From assembly GCA_964016885.1 (NCBI GenBank), contig OZ024744.1, forward strand, positions 136,338,001-136,402,000: a stretch of DNA of 64,000 bases, in the 5' to 3' direction. A program made the translations under genes and the position numbers. The stretch's first letter is position 1; the number at the start of each line of letters is the position of its first letter. Below the pieces are notes generated by a model. That model did no database searches. It saw nothing but the letters and a program-made list of their open reading frames with translations, and was not told the origin of the DNA. This DNA comes from Eledone cirrhosa. Its lineage: Eukaryota. Of the stretch, positions 42,201 through 50,100 are shown piece by piece.

Positions 42201-45200
42201 TGTAAGAGAGAGGAGACTGAGGTAGTATGGACATGTGATGAGTTGAGAGAGAAACTGTGTCTGAGAGGGATAGAATGTAGTGTGCGAGAGAGGAGACTGA
42301 GATGGTATGGACATGTGATGTGTTGAGAGAGAAACTGTGTCTGAGAGGGATAGAATGTAGTGTGCAAGAGAGGAGACTGAGGTGGTATGGACATGTGATG
42401 ACTTGAGAGAGAAACTGTCTGACAGGGATAGAATGTAGTGTGCGAGAGGGGAGACTGAGGTAGTATAGACATGTGATGAATTGAGAGAGAAACTGTGTCT
42501 GAGAGGGATAGAATGTAGTGTGCGAAAGAGGAGACTGAGGTGGTATGGACATGTGATGAGTTGAGAGAGAAACTGTGTCTGAGAGAGATAGAATGTAGTG
42601 TGTGAGAGAGGAGACTGAGGTGGTATGGACATGTGATGTGTTGAGAGAGAAACTGTGTCTGAGAGAGATAGAATGTAGTGTGTGAGAGGGGAGACTGAGG
42701 TGGTATGGACATGTGATGAGTTGAGAGAGAAACTGTCTGAGAGGGATAGAATGTAGTGTGCGAGAGAGGAGACTGAGGTGGTATGGACATGTGAAGTGTT
42801 GAGAGAGAAACTGTGTCTGAGAGTGATAGAATGTAGTGTAAGAGAGAGGAGACTGAGGTGGTATGGACATGTGATGAGTTGAGAGAGAAACTGTGTCAGA
42901 GAGGGATAGAATGTAGTGTACGGGAGAGGAGACAGGTGGTATGAACATGTGATGAGTTGAGAAACTGTGTCTGAGAGGGATAGAATGTAGTGTGCGAGAG
43001 AGGAGACTGAGGTGGTATGAACATGTGATGACTTGAGAGAGAAACTGTGTCTGAGAGAGATAGAATGTAGTGTGTGAGAGAGGAGACTGAGGTGGTATGG
43101 ACATGTGATGTGTTGTGAGAGAAACTGTGTCTGAGAGAGATAGAATGTAGTGTGTGAGAGGGGAGACTGAGGTGCTATGGACATGTGATGTGTCGAGAGA
43201 GAAACTGTGTCTGAGAGGGATATAATGTAGTGTGCGAGAGAGGAGACTGAGGTGGTATGGACATGTGATGTGTTGAGAGAGAAACTGTGTCTGAGAGGGA
43301 TATAATGTAGTGTGCGAGAGAGGAGACTGAGGTGGTATGGACATGTGATGTGTTGAGAGAGAAACTGTGTCTGAGAGGGATAGAATGTAGTGTGCGAGAG
43401 AGGAGACTGAGGTGGTATGGACATGTGATGAGTTGAGAGAGAAACTGTCTGAGAGGGATAGAATGTAGTGTGTGAGAGAGGAGACTGAGGTGGTATGGAC
43501 ATGTGATGTGTTGAGAGAGAAACTGTGTCTGAGAAGGATAGAATGTAGTGTGCGAGAGAGGAGACTGAGGTGGTATGGACATGTGATGACTTGAGAGAGA
43601 AACTGTCTGAGAGGGATAGAATGTAGTGTGCGAGAGGGGAGACTGAGGTAGTATAGACATGTGATGAATTGAGAGAGAAACTGTGTCTGAGAGGGATAGA
43701 ATGTAGTGTACGGGAGAGGAGACTGAGGTGGTATGAACATGTGATGAGTTGAGAGAGAAACTGTGTCTGAGAGGGATAGAATGTAGTGTGTGAGAGAGGA
43801 GACTGAGGTGGTATGGACATGTGATGAGTTGAGAGAGAAACTGTGTCTGAGAGAGATAGAATGTAGTGTGTGAGAGAGGAGACTGAGGTGGTATGGACAT
43901 GTGATGTGTTGAGAGAGAAACTGTGTCTGAGAGAGATAGAATGTAGTGTGTGAGAGGAGAGACTGAGGTGGTATGGACATGTGATGAGTTGAGAGAGAAA
44001 CTGTCTGAGAGGGATAGAATGTAGTGTGCGAGAGAGGAGACTGAGGTGGTATGGACATGTGAAGTGTTGAGAGAGAAACTGTGTCTGAGAGAGATAGAAT
44101 GAAGTGTGCGAGAGAGGAGACAGGTGGTATGGACATGTGATGAGTTGAGAGAGAAACTGTGTCTGAGAGGGATAGAATGTAGTCTGTGAGAGAGGAGACT
44201 GAGGTGGTATGGACATGTGAAGTGTTGAGAGAGAAACTGTGTCTGAGAGAGATAGAATGTAGTGTGCGAGAGAGGAGACTGAGGTGGTATGGACATGTGA
44301 TGTGTTGAGAGAGAAACTGTGTCTGAGAGGGATAGAATGTAGTGTGCGAGAGAGGAGACTGAGGTGGTATGGACATGTGATGAGTTGAGAGAGAAACTGT
44401 GTCTGAGAGGGATAGAATGTAGTGTAAGAGAGAGGAGACTGAGGTAGTATGGACATGTGATGAGTTGAGAGAGAAACTGTGTCTGAGAGGGATAGAATGT
44501 AGTGTGCGAGAGAGGAGACTGAGATGGTATGGACATGTGATGTGTTGAGAGAGAAACTGTGTCTGAGAGGGATAGAATGTAGTGTGCGAGAGAGGAGACT
44601 GAGGTGGTATGGACATGTGATGACTTGAGAGAGAAACTGTCTGACAGGGATAGAATGTAGTGTGCGAGAGGGGAGACTGAGGTAGTATAGACATGTGATG
44701 AATTGAGAGAGAAACTGTGTCTGAGAGGGATAGAATGTAGTGTGCGAAAGAGGAGACTGAGGTGGTATGGACATGTGATGAGTTGAGAGAGAAACTGTGT
44801 CTGAGAGAGATAGAATGTAGTGTGTGAGAGAGGAGACTGAGGTGGTATGGACATGTGATGTGTTGAGAGAGAAACTGTGTCTGAGAGAGATAGAATGTAG
44901 TGTGTGAGAGGGGAGACTGAGGTGGTATGGACATGTGATGAGTTGAGAGAGAAACTGTCTGAGAGGGATAGAATGTAGTGTGCGAGAGAGGAGACTGAGG
45001 TGGTATGGACATGTGAAGTGTTGAGAGAGAAACTGTGTCTGAGAGTGATAGAATGTAGTGTAAGAGAGAGGAGACTGAGGTGGTATGGACATGTGATGAG
45101 TTGAGAGAGAAACTGTGTCTGAGAGGGATAGAATATAGTGTGCGAGAGGAGGAGACTGAGGTGGTATGGACATGTGATGTGTTGAGAGAGAAACTGTGTC

Positions 45201-46327
45201 CGAGAGTGATAGAATGTAGTGTAAGAGAGAGGAGACTGAGGTGGTATGGACATGTGATGAGTTGAGAGAGAAACTGTGTCTGATAGGGATAGAATACAGT
45301 GTGCGAGAGGAGGAGACTGAGGTGGTATGGACATGTGATGTGTTGAGAGAGAAACTGTCTGAGAGGGATAGAATGTAGTGTGTGAGAGAAGAGACTGAGG
45401 TGGTATGGACATGTGATGTGTTGAGAGAGAAACTGTGTCTGAGAGGGATAGAATGTAGTGTGCGAGAGAGGAGACTGAGGTGGTATGTACATGTGATGAC
45501 TTGAGAGAGAAACTGTGTCTGAGAGAGATAGAATGTAGTGTACGAGAGAGGAGACTGAGGTGGTATGTACATGTGATGAATTGAGAGAGAAACTGTGTCT
45601 GAGAGAGATAGAATGTAGTGTGCGAGAGAGGAGACTGAGGTGGTATGGACATGTGATGTGTTGAGAGAGAAACTGTGTCTGAGAGGGATAGAATGTAGTG
45701 TACGGGAGAGGAGACAGGTGGTATGGACATGTGATGAGTTGAAAGAGAAACTGTGTCTGAGAGGGATAGAATGTAGTGTGCGAGAGAGGAGACTGAGGTG
45801 GTATGAACATGTGATGAGTTGAAAGAGAAACTGTGTCTGAGAGGGATAGAATGTAGTGTGTGAGAGAGGAGACAGGTGGTATGGACATGTGATGAGTTGA
45901 GAGAGAAACTCTGTCTGAGAGGGATAGAATGTAGTGTGCGAGAGAGGAGACTGAGGTGGTATGGACATGTGATGTGTTGAGAGAGAAACTGTGTCTGAGA
46001 GAGATAGAATGTAGTGTGTGAGAGGAGAGACTGAGGTGGTATGGACATGTGATGAGTTGAGAGAGAAACTGTCTGAGAGGGATAGAATGTAGTGTGCGAG
46101 AGGGGAGACTGAGGTAGTATAGACATGTGATGAATTGAGAGAGAAACTGTGTCTGAGAGGGATAGAATGTAGTGTACGGGAGAGGAGACTGAGGTGGTAT
46201 GAACATGTGATGAGTTGAGAGAGAAACTGTGTCTGAGAGGGATAGAATGTAGTGTGCGAGAGAGGAGACTGAGGTGGTATGGACATGTGATGAGTTGAGA
46301 GAGAAACTGTGTCTGAGAGAGATAGAA

Positions 46328-46831
46328 CTAGCTAGAAAAATGCGTACAGCAAAAAAAAGTAATATTGTTGGAACAAACCTTTAAAAATACAGGACAAGGA
46401 AGTAAGATAAACCTTTAAAAATACAGGACAAAGAACTAAGATAAAACTTTAAAAGAATAGGACAAGGAATATAAATTTTTACAATATATATATATATACG
46501 ATATAAAACAAATGGAAACTACATTTATAAAACCATATTTATTTCATTACATATATTTCAAGGATATCATATTAAAAATATGGTATGCCCTCTTCAGATA
46601 AAATATATGTAATGAAATAAATATGGTTTTATAAATGTAGTTTCCATTTGTTTTATATCGTATATATATATATATTGTAAAAATTTATATTCCTTGTCCT
46701 ATTCTTTTAAAGTTTTATCTTAGTTCTTTGTCCTGTATTTTTAAAGGTTTATCTTACTTCCTTGTCCTGTATTTTTAAAGGTTTGTTCCAACAATATTAC
46801 TTTTTTTTGCTGTACGCATTTTTCTAGCTAG
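46328..46831. repeat. Long inverted repeat (fold-back): 231-bp arms, 42-bp spacer
   Basis: 46328-46558 is the reverse complement of 46601-46831 (CTAGCTAGAAAAATGCGTACAGC...GCTGTACGCATTTTTCTAGCTAG). No mismatch or indel was seen by eye. The spacer is 46559-46600. Confidence 0.97.
46375..46470. repeat. ~34-bp tandem repeat x~2.7 within the fold-back arm
   Basis: AAACCTTTAAAAATACAGGACAAGGAAGTAAGAT repeated with decay and mirrored in the right arm at ~46689-46784. Confidence 0.85.
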
Positions 46832-47298
46832 TTTCCTATTTTTCAAGGCAATGCAAACAACAACTACTTAATTAAATAGTTATTACTTTAGTTACTTCTA
46901 TCAAAAAATCCCAAAAATGATGTTAATGAAAACTATAGGTGAAAGTGAAGCTATTCTTTTGTGACCTCTTAGTTACTTGTACCAATTTTGAATTTAATTC
47001 AAGCTACAGTGTCAGCCTGTGCATTGGAGTCACAGAAATAAGTTGAGATATTTTATCTAATTGGTACAAGCATCCACTCCACATGGCGGGGACATAGGTC
47101 AGATCGTGGAGCACTCACCTATCTTAAAAATATTAACTTATGATAAATAAGAGTCATTTAAGAAAATACAATTTTTTTAAATTAGTAGGTGAGCATTAAC
47201 AACTGAATCTAAATGGAGCAAATTTGCACCATTTGCATTTAGTTGAAAATAACATTTTAATTAAACATGACAAATTCTAATGCAATAGAAGGCAAATA

Positions 47299-47563
47299 TC
47301 AATTTTCACATGCAAATTTTTTTGGGATTTTTTTCACGCGCGCCATTTTTGGTCGATTTTTTGTCAATTTTTCACATGCAAATTTTTTTGGGTTTTTTTG
47401 ATTTTTTTTCACGCGCGCCATTTTTGTCGATTTTTTGTCAATTTTTCACATGATAATTTTTTTTTGGATTTTTGGATTTTCTTCACGCACGCCATTTTTG
47501 TCGATTTTTTGTCAATTTTTCACATGATAATTTTTTTTGGATTTTTGTATTTTCTTCACGCGC
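47299..47563. repeat. 65-74-bp T-rich minisatellite, ~3.7 copies
   Basis: Unit TCAATTTTTCACATG...TTCACGCGCGCCATTTTTGTCGATTTTTTG starts at 47299, 47364, 47438 and 47512. Length varies mostly in poly-T runs. Confidence 0.92.
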
Positions 47564-47971
47564 TTTTTGGTATGCATTATTCATATGTTTTGCTTGTTCT
47601 GATTGTCTTTTTTCTTTTATTTCAGCAGCTTTCCGTTTTTTATACTCCCTATTCCTAATGGCATTTTTTCTCCGTTTTTCATTCTCTTTATGAATTTTTT
47701 GATCTTTGGGACATTCGGAAGCACTATCAGTCTCATTGAATTCAAATTCAGGTCCAGGATTTAATTCAACACAACCGATAATAAGCAATGATAAGATCAG
47801 TGCACGTGTTCTATATTTCTGATTGGAAATCGGGTAAATTCGTTTATTGGATTTGTAAAAAGCCGCCTGAATGTGAATTTCATCATTCGAATTGCCCGAT
47901 TGTGGAATTGTTTCATTCGAAATGGAAATATTGCATTTTCGCGCCAGGCAAAAAAGTAATAAGCCGATCAA
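47483..47971 (-). pseudogene. Transposon-type ORF remnant with 2A-like motif followed by a K/R/E-rich segment
   Basis: The 162-codon frame contains RTRALILSLLIIGCVELNPGP (47812-47750), then KENEKRRKNAIRNREYKKRKAAEIKEKRQ. The start is TTG with no in-frame ATG before the motif (upstream stop at 48086-48088), and the frame ends inside the minisatellite. Confidence 0.55.
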
Positions 47972-48127
47972 AAAGCCGCGAAACGTATATGGTGACTTTT
48001 TTCGAAAGCCGCGAAACGTATGAAGTGACCTTTTGCGATTTTTTTGCGACCATTTTGGCGAGACTTTTGCAGGGAAACAAATTTTTCATTTGTAATAGTC
48101 AAAATAAATAAGCCGATAAAAAAGCCG
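47958..48127. repeat. Short direct repeats upstream of the ORF remnant
   Basis: AAAGCCGCGAAACGTAT occurs twice, 33 bp apart (47972, 48005). AATAAGCCGAT(C)AAAAAGCCG occurs at ~47958 and ~48107. Confidence 0.7.
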
Positions 48128-48469
48128 AGAGACGTCATTTTCATATGTCAAATGAGCACACTATTCGCACCTATCGCAAATGAGTTCACTACTCGCACCT
48201 ATCGGTACAAAAAATAGCACAACTATTCACAACTATTAGTACAAATCCAAATGATTTTCTGAATTTCTAGTATATCAATCAGCGACTGCTTTGAAAGAGA
48301 ACAATGCAGTGAGTGATTACTCATTTGAATATAAATAGAAGACAACCTCAACTAGTTTGCAACGTGTGACCACTTATCGCGAGATAGGAGAACATAATAG
48401 CTCCTAATTAGCTCAATGATTAATGTTTACTGCCACATTGTATCAACATTTAAAATTCAAATTCAAAAA

Positions 48470-49031
48470 AATAACCGCAGTCACTGGGGGGGGGGGTTCA
48501 AATAACCACCGCACCCCGAATAACCGCAGTCACTAGGGGGGGTTCGAATAAGACCCTCACCCCAAATAACAGCAGTCACTGGGGGAGGGTTCGAATAAGC
48601 GCCTCACCCCGAATAATCGCAGTCACTGTGGGGGGGGGGGTTCGAATAAGCGCCGCACCCCGAATAACCGCAGTCACTGTGGGGGGGGGGGGGGTTCGAA
48701 TAAGCGCCTCACCCCGAATAATCGCAGTCACTGGGGGAGGGTTCGAATAAGCGCCGCACCCCGAATAACCGCAGTCACTGGGGGGAGGGTTCGAATAAGC
48801 GCCGCACCCCGAATAATCGCAGTCACTGGGGGGAGGGTTCGAATAAGCGCCGCACCCCGAATAACCGCAGTCACTGGGGGGAGGGTTCGAATAAGCGCCG
48901 CACCCCGAATAATCGCAGTCACTGGGGGGAGGGTTCGAATAAGCGGGGGGGGGGGTTCGAATAAGCGTCTCACCCCGAATAATCGCAGTCACTGGGGGAG
49001 GGTTCGAATAAGCGCCGCACCCCGAATAACC
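48470..49031. repeat. GC-rich ~48-bp minisatellite, ~11 copies with variable poly-G tract
   Basis: Unit CAGTCACTGGGGGGAGGGTTCGAATAAGCGCCGCACCCCGAATAA(C/T)CG. CAGTCACT occurs at 48478, 48527, 48573, 48620, 48671, 48725, 48772, 48820, 48868, 48916 and 48986. Confidence 0.96.
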
Positions 49032-49067
49032 CCTTATCCTCCTCTGACCGGTCCCAAGAGATGCATC

Positions 49068-49342
49068 AAATGCACAGAGCGTCACCCTTACTCACTCACT
49101 TACTCACTTGAACACAGTTTTTTTCAGCAAACTTTGATCATAACTTTTTTTGTGCTGAACGAAATTTCGAGATTTTTAGCTTATATATAAGAGATGTGCA
49201 ATGATTTACTCTCCATGCTCATATAACTTTCATGTGATTTTGATAATCGGAAGACATTCTAATAATGCTGTAAAGAGACGATTGCCAACGAAATCACTAA
49301 GACAACAATATTATTACTAAACCGACTACCGTCGGTTTAGGA
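49068..49342. repeat. Terminal module, internal copy (275 bp)
   Basis: Near-identical to 49835-50100. It includes an (ACTC)-like microsatellite and ends with hairpin CTAAACCGAC-TACC-GTCGGTTTAG (49317-49340) + GA, followed by (TA)n. Confidence 0.95.
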
Positions 49343-49519
49343 TATATATATATATATATACAAATGAAAAAATTAATATGTTGCGTACATATCTAAAATC
49401 TAATTTGCAAACAAAATGTTCACTTGCATACTATATTGGATATATACCAGATGTAATCTCCGATTTATACAATTTAAGTATTTAAATCATATTTGCGTAC
49501 ATGCGTAATGAGTACGAAA

Positions 49520-49523
<4 letters not shown>

Positions 49524-49570
<47 letters not shown>
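49524..49570. repeat. (AT)n microsatellite, ~23 units
   Basis: Perfect AT run. A shorter run lies at 49342-49360. Confidence 0.97.
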
Positions 49571-49576
<6 letters not shown>

Positions 49577-49727
49577 CGTTCATACAAACATACAAGTATA
49601 ATCATATTTATGAAGGTTATATGCATTTATACATAGACATTATACATACTTATTTAATAATACCAACACCAGAACCAAACATTTCTTAATAAAACAACAA
49701 TAATCATTTATTTCTTGATATTTACAC

Positions 49728-49810
49728 GAAGAAGAAGAAGAAGAAGAAGAAAATGATGATGAGGGAGGGGGGGGGGAGAAAGAGGAACAAAACAAGTGGA
49801 GGAGGAGGGG
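49728..49810. repeat. (GAA)8 microsatellite and purine-rich low-complexity tract
   Basis: (GAA)8 at 49728-49751, then GAT/GGA/poly-G runs. Confidence 0.9.
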
Positions 49811-49834
49811 GATTATTGGAGTCGGAAGAAGAGA

Positions 49835-50100
49835 AAATGCACAGAGCGTCACCCTTACTCACTCACTTACTCACTTGAACACAGTTTTTTTCAGCAAACT
49901 TTGATCATAACTTTTTTTGTGCTGAACGAAATTTCGAGATTTTTAGCTTAAGAGATGTGCAATGATTTACTCTCCATGCTCATATAACTTTCATGTGATT
50001 TTGATAATCGGAAGACATTCTAATAATGCTGTAAAGAGACGATTGCCAACGAAATCACTAAGACAACAATATTACTAAACCGACTGCCGTCGGTTTAGGA
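49835..50100. repeat. Terminal module, outer copy (266 bp)
   Basis: It differs from the internal copy by a 6-bp indel (GCTT[ATATAT]AAG), a 3-bp indel in CAACAATATT[ATT]ACT and one loop base. It forms the element boundary. Confidence 0.95.
50075..50098. other. Terminal stem-loop (10-bp stem, 4-nt loop)
   Basis: CTAAACCGAC-TGCC-GTCGGTTTAG lies 2 bp from the element end. The stem is identical in both module copies while the loop differs. Confidence 0.9.

Larger units (their letters stand above)
1..46327. repeat. 80-bp satellite DNA array (left block, ~580 monomers)
   Basis: Continuous head-to-tail monomer GATGAGTTGAGAGAGAAACTGTGTCTGAGAGGGATAGAATGTAGTGTGCGAGAGAGGAGACTGAGGTGGTATGGACATGT with few substitutions and small indels. 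All copies have the same orientation, and the array runs off the window start. Confidence 0.99.
46328..50100 (-). mobile_element. Non-autonomous Helitron-like (rolling-circle) element, 3773 bp
   Basis: Precise insertion between A (46327) and T (50101) of a monomer with no TSD. The minus strand starts 5'-TC and ends CTAG-3'. It has a 13-bp subterminal IR (46358-46370 / 50064-50076) and a terminal stem-loop (50075-50098). No Rep/helicase ORF. The boundary is ambiguous by 1 bp (A). Confidence 0.85.

Noticed and set aside
47398-48111. + strand ORFs of 86, 73 and 107 aa
   Set aside because: These are Phe-rich or featureless antisense shadows of T-rich repeats and of the minus-strand frame, with no motifs.
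48470-49031. CRISPR-like array, or the 169-aa/81-aa repeat ORFs, in the 48-bp minisatellite
   Set aside because: There are no variable spacers, only poly-G length changes that shift frame freely.
49640-49852. 70-aa minus-strand ORF
   Set aside because: Its poly-Ser/Pro content comes from the GAA/GGA microsatellites.
49068-50100. LTR/TRIM retroelement suggested by ~270-bp direct repeats
   Set aside because: No TG...CA termini, no TSD and no recognisable PBS. The repeats end in a hairpin at an A|T junction that coincides with the larger insertion boundary.
46328-50100. Cut-and-paste TIR transposon or assembly join as the explanation of the whole insert
   Set aside because: There are no terminal IRs between the two outer ends and no TSD. 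Base-exact continuation of the monomer and of variant order argues against a misjoin, though read support was not checked.
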